DNA of 63,883 bases, the filler included, from Octopus bimaculoides (taxonomy: Eukaryota), in assembly GCF_001194135.2 (NCBI RefSeq). It is 7 parts of 6 records of this genome, joined end to end, with 100 filler letters (N's around TTAATTAATTAA, not from the genome) between each part and the next. Parts side by side here need not be neighbours in the genome. Positions count along the whole stretch, not along the records: positions 1 to 7,761 come from NC_069006.1; positions 7,862 to 11,592 come from NC_068991.1; positions 11,693 to 38,195 come from NC_068991.1; 4 more parts are not named here. The stretch is one strand, 5' to 3'. A program made the position numbers and the translations under genes. Position 1 is the first letter of the stretch. Each line of letters begins with the position of its first letter. The notes beneath the pieces were generated by a model that was given only the letters and a program-made list of their open reading frames with translations, did no database searches and was not told where the DNA came from. Positions 1 to 12,000 of this stretch are shown piece by piece.

Positions 1-1429
1 AAATATTTTCCTTATGTACGTTGCGTGTTTCTCACCAGTAAAAATATATTTTTCAAAGCTAGATATGGCGTCGCAATTCTCATAATATGGAAGTTTCCTA
101 ATATAGTTCACACCTATATGTTATAACATAAATAAAAGAAATTATAAGAAATATAAAAAAAAAAACAACGTACAAAACAAAGCAAAAAAAAAAAAAACTC
201 ATAAAACTGTGAGCCTAATAGGAACAACAAATGAATAGCTAATGATACCAGGATGTGCAACTTTGAATAAAAATAAAGAAATAAAGGCAAATGGGAAAAT
301 AAATTAAAAGCGAAAGTCTGTAATATTTATGTTTGAAAAGAAAATGGCGAAGCTATTAATTTTGAAATGGATTTGCAATTTAATATTAGATGATTTAATA
401 TGGATGAACTGCCTTTAGAGTAGTTATCGTGAAAAAAATGTCAACATTTTAACCCATCACATTTAAGTAAATATTCATAACTTTTACTTGGATATTTTTG
501 GTAAGTTATTAGTAATTAAATTTTTAATTTCTATGATATTAACCACATGTGCTTACAGTTAGACAGTGCATGAGTATTTGTTAGTGGATTATCTGTGAAT
601 AAGACAACGTATGTACGTTGGACAAATATGCTCATATAATTCGTTTTGTAAATAAAGTCTGTAGTTAAATTACTGGTGTATTTCAGTAATATTAACCTGA
701 GAACAATTTCACCGTTTTCGACTGCTTTTTATTACAGTCTTAACACGAGCTTCGACTCGTAGTTGACCGACAGATGGAGCAATTTCAAGCCACTTGCAAC
801 GAATTCATTGACTGAAATGTCTGACAAGTGTTGATTGTTGGTATTTGTATGTAATTCGTTTTTTCCAGGCAGCGTGTATGAAATAAAAGAAAAAATACAA
901 ACTGAAGTATATAGCATATGTGTGAATAAATTATGGATATATTCATATAAAGATATATCAATATGTACGAGTGGGTTGCTGAAACGTTCCTCTCTTTAAA
1001 GGTAATTCGAAAGGCCTGCTTGGAGGCCCACCTTTCTCTTGTAGCCCACTTGATGCTTTCTTGAAATGGGTTTATTTGAATAAACATTTTTTAAATTTCA
1101 TCAAAAATGAAAGATTGTAATGAAAAATAAGAAAGAAAGATACTATTGCCTTTTGCAACGATAATATTGCGTGTTGAATCAACGATAATAGCACGAGAAA
1201 GTAAATGCTTTCAATTCTGTCAGTATACAAGTGGCCTTCAAAAAACTTTCTGTGATTAAAGTGGCTCACAATGTAATTCGAGTTGGCCAGGCCTGGTCTA
1301 GTATGAACTTCCTCTTTTTAACGACAGGACATGATTTGGCTGCAATTTCTAGCAATTCGAATAGCCATGTAAAACCCCACTTGCTTCAAAACTCATTTTT
1401 TATTAATTTACTTGTTTGTTTGTTTGTTT

Positions 1430-1430
1430 G

Positions 1431-1490
<60 letters not shown>
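1430..1490. repeat. (GT)n microsatellite running into an assembly gap
   Basis: Direct reading; the X-containing ORFs here are artefacts. Confidence 0.95.
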
Positions 1491-1959
1491 NNNNNNNNNN
1501 NNNNNNNNNNNNNNNNNNNNNNNNNNNNNNNNNNNNNNNNNNNNNNNNNNNNNNNNNNNNNNNNNNNNNNNNNNNNNNNNNNNNNNNNNNNNNNNNNNNN
1601 NNNNNNNNNNNNNNNNNNNNNNNNNNNNNNNNNNNNNNNNNNNNNNNNNNNNNNNNNNNNNNNNNNNNNNNNNNNNNNNNNNNNNNNNNNNNNNNNNNNN
1701 NNNNNNNNNNNNNNNNNNNNNNNNNNNNNNNNNNNNNNNNNNNNNNNNNNNNNNNNNNNNNNNNNCAGTGTTCAAACGATACCATATTCATATCGTGAAC
1801 AAATATTTTATATTCCTTAATTAAGCATGCTCCGATACACACTGGTTGGCAACCATCTTTCCACTGTTTGTCGTTTATGTGATATCGTCTACATTTCAAC
1901 ACCTCTGTCCTTTCATAATCTCCTCGCTCTAACCAACGCCATCGTTATCTTGTCTCTCT

Positions 1960-2734
1960 TCTCATTACCTCTCTACTATTAGCACTTCCTCTCTCTCTCT
2001 GCCTCTCTTTCTTTCTCTCTCTGTGCCTCTCTTTCTTTCTCTCTCTGTGCCTCTCTTTCTTTCTCTCTCTGTGCCTCTCTTTCTTTCTCTCTCTCTCTCT
2101 GTCTGTCTCTCTTTATTTTTTGTCTCTCCCTGTCTGACTCTCTCTAGCTGTGACTGTTTCTCTCTCCCCCTCTTTCTCCCTGTTAGTCTGCATCTCTCAT
2201 CTTCACTGTTTTTCTCTTTGTCTTCACTCTCTGTGACTCTCTTTTACTCTCTCCGACTCTCTCTTACTTTCTCTGACTCTCTCTTTCTCTTTGTTTGTCA
2301 CTCTCTCTCTCTCTTTCTGATACTTCCTCTCTGACTCTGTATCTCTGACTCCTTCTCTCTCTCGCTTTTACTCTTTTTCTTTGTCTCTCCACCTCTCTCT
2401 GCTTTTCTCTTTGTCTCTACTTATGTCTTTCTCTCTCTCTCTCGCTCTTTCTTTTCACCCTTCTCTTTCGCTCTCTCATTTTCTCTTTTTACACATCTCT
2501 TGCTCACTAACTCTCTTTTCTTTTCATTCTCTTTCTCTCTAAACCTTTCTCTCTAGCTCTCTTTTTCTTTCTTTGAGCGTGTCTCTCCCTGACTCTCTAT
2601 CTATGATTCTCTCCCTCTCTCCCTCTCTCCCTCTCTCCCTCTCTCTCTTTCGCTTTCACTCATTTTCTTTTTCCTGTCTCTCTTTCTGTCTTTGACTCTC
2701 TCTTGTTTTCTCTTAGTCTGTCTCTCCATGTTTG

Positions 2735-2770
<36 letters not shown>

Positions 2771-2855
2771 TCTCTCTCTCTCCCTGTCTCCTTCTGATTC
2801 TCTCTCTCTCCCTCGCACTCCCTCTTTCTGACTCCTCTGCTTTTCTCTTAGTCTG
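1960..2855. repeat. CT-rich low-complexity / (CT)n tract
   Basis: Almost pure pyrimidine + strand with (CT)n runs. Confidence 0.9.
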
Positions 2856-3462
2856 NNNNNNNNNNNNNNNNNNNNNNNNNNNNNNNNNNNNNNNNNNNNN
2901 NNNNNNNNNNNNNNNNNNNNNNNNNNNNNNNNNNNNNNNNNNNNNNNNNNNNNNNNNNNNNNNNNNNNNNNNNNNNNNNNNNNNNNNNNNNNNNNNNNNN
3001 NNNNNNNNNNNNNNNNNNNNNNNNNNNNNNNNNNNNNNNNNNNNNNNNNNNNNNNNNNNNNNNNNNNNNNNNNNNNNNNNNNNNNNNNNNNNNNNNNNNN
3101 NNNNNNNNNNNNNNNNNNNNNNNNNNNNNNNNNNNNNNNNNNNNNNNNNNNNNNNNNNNNNNNNNNNNNNNNNNNNNNNNNNNNNNNNNNNNNNNNNNNN
3201 NNNNNNNNNNNNNNNNNNNNNNNNNNNNNNNNNNNNNNNNNNNNNNNNNNNNNNNNNNNNNNNNNNNNNNNNNNNNNNNNNNNNNNNNNNNTCTCAAAAC
3301 TCGTTCTTTTTCTTCATCTCCCACTTCTCTTTCCCCTTTCCTTTCTTTTTTCTTTCTTTCATTCATTTATTCTTTCGTTCTTTCTTCTGTTGCCTGCCGC
3401 TCTCTGTATAGAATTGTATGTATGTATGTATGTATGTATGTATATATATATATATATATGTT

Positions 3463-3512
3463 GAGGTGCAATGGCCCAGTGGTTAGGGCAGCGGACTCGT
3501 GGTCATAGGATC
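3463..3512 (+). mobile_element. tRNA-derived SINE head (family D), truncated at a (CA)n tract
   Basis: GAGGTGCAATGGCCCAGTGGTTAGGGCAGCGGACTCG: A box TGGCCCAGTGG plus a tRNA-like D arm; related in layout to the head at 45.5 kb. Confidence 0.6.
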
Positions 3513-4147
3513 GCACACACACACACCCGCAAGCACATACACACACACATGCGCGCACACACACACACACTTATATGCATACGCACATACACACAAACAT
3601 ACACAAACTCCCTCTATGTGTCTATCTTACTCTCTCTCTATATATATATATTTATATATATGCACATATATGTGACTACACTCACTCCCCCTCTCTCTCT
3701 ATATATATTTGTGTTTGTGTATGCGTATATAACTACACACACACACACACACACACCCTCTCGCTCCCCACAACCAAGTACCTCACACACCCCATCCCCA
3801 CCGCCCTTCTCTGCCACTCAATGTGTTCTTACCAATATTTATTCTCGCTGCGAAAACTCAACGACCGGAACTAAAGTATTTGTTTACGCCCGGAAAGAAA
3901 GAGCAGTGTTACGGTCTAGCACACTTCACCGTCAGTGGTGGTGGCCATGGTAAGGATTGTTGTGATGGTAATGGTGGTCGTGGTGATAATGGCGGTGCGG
4001 TGTCAGTGGTGTTGATGCTACATGTAGCAGCGGTGTTGGTGGTAGTAGTTATGGTGAAGGCTGGTATAGTCGCGGTAGGATTAATGTCAGCGGTAGTGGC
4101 CATGGTAAGGATTGTCGTGATGGTGGTCGTGGTGTCTGCCTATCCAC

Positions 4148-4270
4148 CTTGACAGGTGCTACAACTCCGGGTCAGAGTAGACCTGGGAACAAATAGTGGC
4201 TAAGAAGTGGTTCCACACTCCTCAAAATACTATGAAACTTTCCAAATAGGGCCCTCGCTCCAGGAACACA
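4148..4270 (+). mobile_element. Fragment of a dispersed retroposon-like repeat
   Basis: CAGGTGCTACAACTCCGGGTCAGAGTAGACCTGGGA resembles a repeat I recall from octopus DNA; no second copy in the window. Confidence 0.3.
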
Positions 4271-4562
4271 CTTTAAAATCATTCTCCAAAATAAACTACA
4301 ACAATAACAACGGCAATGATGAAATTCGAACCGTTCGTCTCTCACCTCGCTGCTTGGCATCTTCAGAGTATGGCTAACTGATGCACACCTTCTATGCACA
4401 TGTGTGTTTGCAATGTTATTGTTGAGACTTATTGTATGCACATGTAGCACTATATTTATTTATTCGCCATCTTTTGTTATTAGTTATATACATTTTCCAC
4501 TATGACACTTCAAGACCATCTGTATGCACTTACACACACACACATACACACTCATACGGACG

Positions 4563-4602
<40 letters not shown>

Positions 4603-5999
4603 CACACATATGCAGGATGTGGTTGATAAGCGTGTGAGTGTATGTATGTATGTATGTATGTATGTATGCATGTATGTGTATATGTGTGTGTATGCGTATG
4701 CGTGTATGCATGTACGTGCGTATGCGTGTGTGTATGTAGGTATGTATGTATGTATGTATGTATGTAGGTAGGCAGGCAGGCAGGTAGGCAGATAGGTTTG
4801 TATCTGTGACTGTATGTCTGCATTGCTTTTCACTCACTCACTATCCCTCTGTATGAGTGTGTGTATATATGTATATATATATATATATATNNNNNNNNNN
4901 NNNNNNNNNNNNNNNNNNNNNNNNNNNNNNNNNNNNNNNNNNNNNNNNNNNNNNNNNNNNNNNNNNNNNNNNNNNNNNNNNNNNNNNNNNNNNNNNNNNN
5001 NNNNNNNNNNNNNNNNNNNNNNNNNNNNNNNNNNNNNNNNNNNNNNNNNNNNNNNNNNNNNNNNNNNNNNNNNNNNNNNNNNNNNNNNNNNNNNNNNNNN
5101 NNNNNNNNNNNNNNNNNNNNNNNNNNNNNNNNNNNNNNNNNNNNNNNNNNNNNNNNNNNNNNNNNNNNNNNNNNNTATATATATATGCACCATGCGTACA
5201 CTTATTCTTTGGAAGATGATTTACCTGGAGTTTCTCACTACGTACGAAATTTTCGGGTGACTGAGGTATCGTACGTAACGGGGAAAATCTGTAGTGTAAG
5301 CACGAGGCTGTAACGTTGGAACGAATGAATAAACTGCATATACCGAGTAATCTTTTTTTCCTTTCGTACTTCAAAACGCACACATACTCAAATACAATCA
5401 CTCACAGACAAGCACAAACGCAGGCTCATTCTTCATCACACACACAGAGGCATGGATCTGTGTGCAAGTGAATGTATTTGTGCGTTTGTATTCCTGTGCC
5501 TGCGTACGTTGCTTGCTCCTGGCAATCTTGTATATGAACAACAACTATTTTTAGAGAGACAGAACGGAAGCATGTTTTCATCAGCATCGTTGGAAGTGAG
5601 AAAAAAAAATTATCGAAACATCCTGATGTCCCGGAAGGGTAACTGTAGGTAAATATATCCATATTTTACTCCTAGATTATGTTCGAAATTCCCTCAATGT
5701 TTTTCGTTCACTAGCAATTCCACAGCTGGATCATGCCATCTAGTTACCATATGTGTGGATGCATATGTATGCGAGTGTGTCTGCGCATACATACATACAT
5801 ATAAGGTAGAATATATGGGTTCAAGTAATCCAGTATTGTTCATAAAATAAAAGCTCAGTGCATCATTCTATAAATGGATTAAGCGGAGCAGGAGGACACA
5901 CGTGGACGGAAAGGGTCGCTAAAGTGGTCACAATTGTGCGAGGAATGATTTCCGAACATTGGGTATAAGATAAAATAAGAACAGTATTTCTTTTATACA

Positions 6000-6204
6000 A
6001 TTATTTCTACTCTAGGCACAGGGCCTTGCAATTTTTTTTTGAGAAGGGGGCTCGTCGATTACATTGATTCAGGTGCATAACTGGTACTTATTTCATCGAC
6101 CCGAAAGGATGAAAGGCAAAGTCGACCTCGGCGAAATTTGAACTCAGAACGTAACGGCAGACGAAATATCCGGCGTGCTAACGGTTCTGCCAGCTCGCCG
6201 CCTT
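6000..6204 (-). mobile_element. tRNA-derived SINE, family B
   Basis: The minus strand starts AAGGCGGCGAGCTGGCAGAACCGTTAGCAC (A box), contains GAGTTCAAATTTCG (B box) and ends GTGCCTAGAGTAGAAATAAT; homologous copies lie at 9.7-10.4 and 37.9-38.2 kb. Confidence 0.85.
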
Positions 6205-6794
6205 TAATACAATGTTAATAATAAATGCAAATAATACTTTCCTTGAAACAATATACAGATAACATATAACACCTGTTTGACACACAAGGAAAAAAAAACA
6301 AACATACTTGCAGTACACGAGCCAACAAAAGCACGGATTTGCAATATGGAGAGGAAAACTATTTGCAACGTAAAATAGAATGTTGTCGCTGATGAGAACG
6401 TAATCTCTAGCTTGTCAGGCATTTACTTATCGTCTGCTAATTTTCTCTTGTTTATTATTTCCTGCTGTTATATTTTCGCTGTTGTACAACTGGTAATGTG
6501 ATCGTTAGCTGACAACATTAGCACACAAATACTAATGTTAACCAGCCAGTTGCATACCCTTCAACATTGAATATTACGTAAGGGAAAACATTTCAATCAA
6601 GACGTGAACAGTTATATACGAGGGATTGCTGCAAAGTCCCTGGTTTTGGATAAAAGAAAATACAGGTGGAGGATCAGTTAGTTATGGTTTTATTTAACGT
6701 ATTCTCTCTTTAGATTCGCACACTTATTGCAATGATCCTTCAGGTTTTCTAAAACTTTAAAAAGAATTTGGAAGGTTGTATGTATGTATATGTT

Positions 6795-6968
6795 TGTGTG
6801 TCTGTGTTTGTCTCCCCACTCATCGCTTGACTGGTCTCTTTTAGACGAATCGTTAAGTGACGGATAGAATAAGTTCTAGGCTTACAAAGAATAAGTCCTG
6901 GGGTCGATTCGTTCGACTAAAGGCGGTGCTACAGCACAGCCGCAGTTAAATGAATAATAGAAATAAGA
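6795..6968 (+). mobile_element. SINE family A, 3' half
   Basis: GATAGAATAAG..CTAGGCTTACAAAGAATAAGTCCTGGGGTCGAT..GACTAAAGGCGGTGCT is shared with the copies at 9.1, 11.7, 14.7 and 43.4 kb. Confidence 0.85.
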
Positions 6969-7131
6969 ATACATGTATGTGTTTGATGGAGAGAGGGAGG
7001 GAGAGAGAGAGTGTATGTGTGTGGTTGTGGTTGTAAGAATGTATGTGTGTGGTTGTGGTTGTAAGAATGCATGTGTGTTTATATATAGTATATATGACTG
7101 GATGCATGAGAGGAAATGAAATTGTGTGAGC

Positions 7132-7166
<35 letters not shown>

Positions 7167-7230
7167 AATATATAAAAATAAAAAGATAAAGAGAGCAATG
7201 GTAAGGTTGGAGAAGTATTTTATGGATAGA

Positions 7231-7279
7231 GTCTTACAGCTGTTTCTGGGAAGATCCAGTACTTCCCTTCATCGGAGAC
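7231..7279 (-). ncRNA. Minimal type I hammerhead ribozyme-like motif (U4C core variant)
   Basis: Minus strand: GTCT-CCGATGA-A-GGGAAG-TACTGGAT-CTTCCC-A-GAAA-CAGCTG-TA-AGAC. This gives a 4-bp stem I, 6-bp stem II, palindromic stem III and a GUA triplet. Confidence 0.6.
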
Positions 7280-7534
7280 AGAAAAAATAAAATAATCTAT
7301 TATTATATCCAAAGGCGGATATTTTTAGTATGAAGTGGTAAAGAGTGTGATGTGCTGAAAAAAGAGAAAACAGTACTTGAAGTGTAGTATATATATATAT
7401 ATGAATAATTGTGCAGTAGTGTTTTCAACATAGATGTAACATGTGAGTCTGTGTAGGTGAATGTGTATGTGTGTGTTAGTGAGTGAATATACGTGTGTGT
7501 TTGTCTGTGTGTGTAAGTGTTTGTTGCACACAAA

Positions 7535-7690
7535 AACTCGACGTCTAATGGCGGAATGCGTGCTTCAGTTCAACAACAGCAAACTGCGCCACACCTACGA
7601 CATGTAAACACCAACATAGCTACACGTGTTTAAACTTCAGAGAAAATAAATAAACGGCCGCCATCTTGATATCATTGTGACGGAAGCTTA
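7535..7690. promoter_or_regulatory. CpG-rich promoter-like segment with YY1-type and ETS-type motifs
   Basis: GGCCGCCATCTT (~7657-7668), AATGGCGG (~7546) and GTGACGGAAG (~7677-7687) in a CpG-retaining patch. Confidence 0.35.
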
Positions 7691-7761
7691 CACACACATA
7701 CATACATGCTTACACACACATATCTACACACACATGCATACAGGCCCGAATGCTTACAAAT

Positions 7762-7861
7762 NNNNNNNNNNNNNNNNNNNNNNNNNNNNNNNNNNNNNNN
7801 NNNNNTTAATTAATTAANNNNNNNNNNNNNNNNNNNNNNNNNNNNNNNNNNNNNNNNNNNN
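7762..7861. other. Synthetic scaffold join N44-TTAATTAATTAA-N44
   Basis: Exactly 100 bp; the linker has stops in all six frames; six identical joins occur in the window. Confidence 0.95.
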
Positions 7862-8554
7862 TGATAGAATGAATTAGAAAGTCTTATTGGAGAGAATTTT
7901 AAAAAATAACAATACACTGACCACAGCTGTTCAGATTAACTTTAATCCTTTATTAAGAAACTAAGTATGGAAAGTAAAAGATTGCTCTTCAATTATTCTT
8001 GATGTCACAAGGTACTAATTTAAAAATAGAATATAATAGCATATAAGTAAAAAGAAAAAAAGGAAAGAAAGAAACGTGAGGAAAATGTTATGCAAGATTT
8101 GCTTTCTGTTTACATACAAAATATGTATTGAGTACACAAAAAGTAATATTGCTACCAAAAAAATACCAGTGACCTACATTTAAGAGGGAGATGAGGAGAG
8201 GGAGAAGGAAGAGAAGGAGAAGGGGGGAAAGATGAAGAGGAGGGGAAGGAAAAGGAAGAGAAGGAGAGGAGGAGAAAGACAAAGAAGAAGAGTTGGTGGT
8301 GGTGGTGGTTAGAAAAAACAGGATTGCACTATATTACATAACGATCTCCACAAACTACTGATAGCATGCAAATAGCATACAAACTGTTTTGCATTAAATT
8401 ACAACCTGAACTAAACACTTCACTGTAAAGCTTCTTCTACGCAAGATGCATAATATTCATCTATATCAACAGCACTCCAACCACCGTCAACTACTATATC
8501 CAAAGGCTGATTGATACCTACTTAGTCTGATTCTCTTTCTTTTACCAGGGCTTT

Positions 8555-8790
8555 ACTCTCATTCAACGCAGCAGCTGCAGGCTGGAAGAGGTCCTGTGGC
8601 AGGCCCCCTCACCAGATGGCTGGATGTGATTGGGGAAAATCTCCAGAGGCTTGACGTCACCTTGGAGGATGCAGAGGGACTGGCATGGGACCACCAACAA
8701 TGAGAAGCACTGGTGGACTTGGTCAGTTATATGTATGGTGACTCCTCTGGGACTACTAACTTGGAATGACCCCCAGCCCCATCAAACAAG
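8555..8790 (+). mobile_element. RTE-type LINE 3' fragment
   Basis: With one frameshift it reads GWKRSCGRP..RWLDVIGENLQRLDVTLEDAEGLAWD, like the RTE C-terminal GxRxRGRPxxRWxD motif. Confidence 0.6.
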
Positions 8791-9120
8791 AGCACGAAGC
8801 CAAGCCATTTATCACCCACCACTAGGTTTAGTTTCTAGCTCTATAATATACACAATTCTACCAGTGATATCAAATGGTAGACTGAAATCTATTTCTTTCA
8901 TGAAAACTATTTTCATTGTTATCTCACTATGAACAATACTGTAAATGGTTTTAGGAACTAGAGTGATGTTAAAATCCATGAAGTTGAGGTTGGAAAGAAA
9001 GTGGGGATAAGATTATATAAGCACCAACCTCATGAGCTGAAAATAGGGAAAGCTGCCCCCTGTGTACACCTCCATTTGCATCAATGAGTATGAGGATGTG
9101 GCAATTCAATACTATTGCAT

Positions 9121-9364
9121 ATTTCTTTATTCTTTTAGTCTTTTACTTGCTTCAGTCATTTGACCACGGCCATGCTGGAGCACCGCCTTTAGTCGAACAA
9201 ATCGACCCCAGGACTTATTCTTTGTTAGCCTAGTACTTATTCTATCGTCTCTTTTGCCGAACCGCTAAGTTACGGGGACGTAAACACACCAGCATCGGTT
9301 GTCAAGCGATGTTGGGGGGACAAACACACACACACACATATATATACAATGGGCTTCTTTCAGT
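9121..9364 (-). mobile_element. SINE family A (5' truncated)
   Basis: Reverse complement of the copy at 11693-12000, including the GGCGGTGCTCCAGCATGGCC tail. Confidence 0.9.
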
Positions 9365-9684
9365 CATGAACAATATAACAACAAAAGCAACAATAATAAT
9401 AAGGATTTCTAACTTACCTTCAGCAGAAGGTCACAGGTGTGAGTCATGTTATCAATTTCTAATGTAAGACATTATAATTTCTAACATTGGATCAAAGCTT
9501 CATATTTAGGAAGAACAGGATATAGTAACCCTGGGGGGGATGAAGGGCCAAGTTTGAACTCAGAATCTAAGAGATACTGAATTCTCAATACTGAAACATA
9601 TTTAATTTAATCGATACTTATTTCTGTTGCTCCACCACACTTTATAATGGTGAAGATGATTATAATAAAATAACAACAATGACT

Positions 9685-10392
9685 ATAATAATTCTTTCTG
9701 TATAAGTACAAGGCCTTAAATATTTTTTTTGGTGGGGTGGAGCTGGTTAATAACATCAACCCTATTGCTGAACTGGTACTTATTTTATTGACCCCAAAAG
9801 GGTGAAAGGTAATGTCAACCTCAACAGAATTGAACTCAGAACAAAATGCAGTTCAGCATTTTGTTTGGTGTGCTTACAATTTTGCCAGCTTGCTTCCTTA
9901 ATAATAATCCTTTCTACTAAAGGCACAAGGCCTAAAATTTGTGGGGAAGGGACTAGTTGATTACATCAACCCCAGTGTTCCACTTGTACTTATTAATCAA
10001 CCCCAAAAGGAAGAAAGGCAAAGTCAACCTCAGCAGAATTTGAACTCAGAATGTGAAGACGGATGAAATGCTGCTCAGTATTCCACCTGGTATACTAACG
10101 ATTCTGCCAGCTTGCTGCCTTAGATGATGATGATGATGATGATAATAATAATAATAATAATACTAATCCTTTCTACTAAAGGCACAAGGCCAGAAATTTT
10201 ATGGAAGCGGTAATAATCAATTACATCGACCAGAGTGATCAACTGACTCTTGTTTCATCAACCCCCTGAAAGGATGAAAGGCAAAGTTTGAACTCAGAAT
10301 ATTGGTGGAATTTGAACTCAGAATATAAAGCTGGAAGAATGCCACTAAGAATTTTGTCCGGTGCTCTAACAATTCTGCCAGCACGCCACCTT
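9685..10392 (-). mobile_element. Three head-to-tail copies of SINE family B
   Basis: Units at ~9685-9899, 9900-10121 and 10150-10392, separated by (TAA)n/(GAT)n. Confidence 0.85.
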
Positions 10393-11045
10393 AATAGTAA
10401 TAATAATTTCTTTAACATCTCTATAGGAATATGGTTAACATCTGTATGCAGGCAATATTCTCAAGTCAGTCTCTAATCAAATGCACATATTTTCCTTTCC
10501 ATTGGTATTTATTTCCCATATTTTTTTTCTCTCCTTTCTAAGAACCAAAAATTTCTTTGAAAGCTGTGTCCCTTCTGAATCTAATTCTAACCAATGAATT
10601 TTATTTGTTGACTACAGAAATCTTGCTCACAATGTCTTTCTTCACTTCCATTCAGACATTATATACAGCTGCTATGACCATTCAGATTTCTTCTCACTGA
10701 AACTCATCAAAGAAGCTTGTTCCGGTATTTCTGAGAATCCATTTGTTCCTATCTTAATGGCATTAACTTCACTAAAGTCACGCAGCTCACAAGCAATATT
10801 TGAAAGCTGATGCTAGTGGAAAATTTCATTTGTCTTGTTTTGTCTTTTTTTGTTACATTTTTCTTTCATAAATCCCAAGCAAATTATAGTTCAAAATATG
10901 AGTAGAGGAAAGTGAATTTCTATTTGATTTGTTATATTTTATGTGAGTGTACATATGTGTATGTTTATGTATAGGGATGGGAGTAATTGTGTATATGCTT
11001 AAAAGTGTTTATAACTCCACTTGTGTATGTATATGCATGCGTGCA

Positions 11046-11089
<44 letters not shown>

Positions 11090-11215
11090 CATGTATGTAT
11101 ATATACATATATAGATATGAATGTTTGTATATGCTGCATATAATATACTGTACAAAGAGAAAAGTTATACAAATCTAAAATTTGTGTAGTCTCTAGTAAT
11201 TGATTACTAGAGTAC

Positions 11216-11268
11216 CACCACCATCATCATCATTATTTAATGTCCGTTTTCCATACTGGCATGGGTCG
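11216..11268 (-). mobile_element. Terminal 3' fragment of the RTE-type tail
   Basis: CATCATCATTATTTAATGTCCGTTTTCCATACTGGCATGGGT matches the tail at 63441-63485 and 32490-32540. Confidence 0.7.
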
Positions 11269-11553
11269 GGCATCATCTGTGAATAGATATGTATACAGTC
11301 ATACTCATACATAATCATTCTGTGAAATGAGATTCTGCAGTTAGACCATGGATTTATTTCAGGCAGCTTGGCATGAAGATCAAGCCAACAAGTTTTACCA
11401 TTTGCATAGATCATCAGGATTTATTTACTACTATCATCAAATGATAGTAGCAAACAAAGAACTACTTATTAAAATTTAAACAACTTATTTACATAATAAT
11501 AAAATGTTGACAGACTGACATTAATTACTCAAGTAATTAGCATAGGTTATAAA

Positions 11554-11592
<39 letters not shown>

Positions 11593-11692
11593 NNNNNNNN
11601 NNNNNNNNNNNNNNNNNNNNNNNNNNNNNNNNNNNNTTAATTAATTAANNNNNNNNNNNNNNNNNNNNNNNNNNNNNNNNNNNNNNNNNNNN
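11593..11692. other. Synthetic scaffold join N44-TTAATTAATTAA-N44
   Basis: Same 100-bp construct. Confidence 0.95.
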
Positions 11693-12000
11693 GGGCCGAC
11701 CAAAGCCTTGTGAGTGGATTTGGTAGACGGAAACTGAAAGAAGCCCGTCGTATATATGTATATATATATGTATGTGTGTGTGTGTATGTTTGTATGTGTG
11801 TGTATGTTTGTATGTGTGTGTATGTTTGTATGTGTGTGTTTGTCCCCCCAACATCGCTTGACAACCGATGCTGGTGTGTTTATGTCCCCGTAACTTAGCG
11901 GTTCGGCAAAAGATTTCGATAGAATAAGTACTAGGCTTCTAAAGAATAAGTCCAGCATGGCCACAGTCAAAAGACTGAAACAAGTAAAAGAGTAAAAGAG
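11693..12000 (+). mobile_element. SINE family A with an internal TA/TG microsatellite
   Basis: GGGCCGACCAAAGCCTTGTGAGTGGATTTGGTAGACGGAAACTGAAAGAAGCCCGTCG through to GACTGAAACAAGTAAAAGAGTAAAAGAG. Confidence 0.9.

Noticed and set aside
732-1390. Short ORFs and splice-like sites; possible hAT-like end GTTGGCCAGGCCTGG at ~1283-1297
   Set aside because: No consistent frame or recognisable protein, and no matching opposite TIR or TSD was found.
3909-4152. Val/Gly-rich and Thr-rich ORFs with a ~40-bp direct repeat
   Set aside because: Degenerate (GGT)n/(GAT)n simple repeat.
6204-6422. 72-aa minus ORF with a signal-peptide-like hydrophobic stretch and an AA|GTATGT donor
   Set aside because: Hydrophobic runs are expected from T-rich DNA, and no partner exon could be linked.
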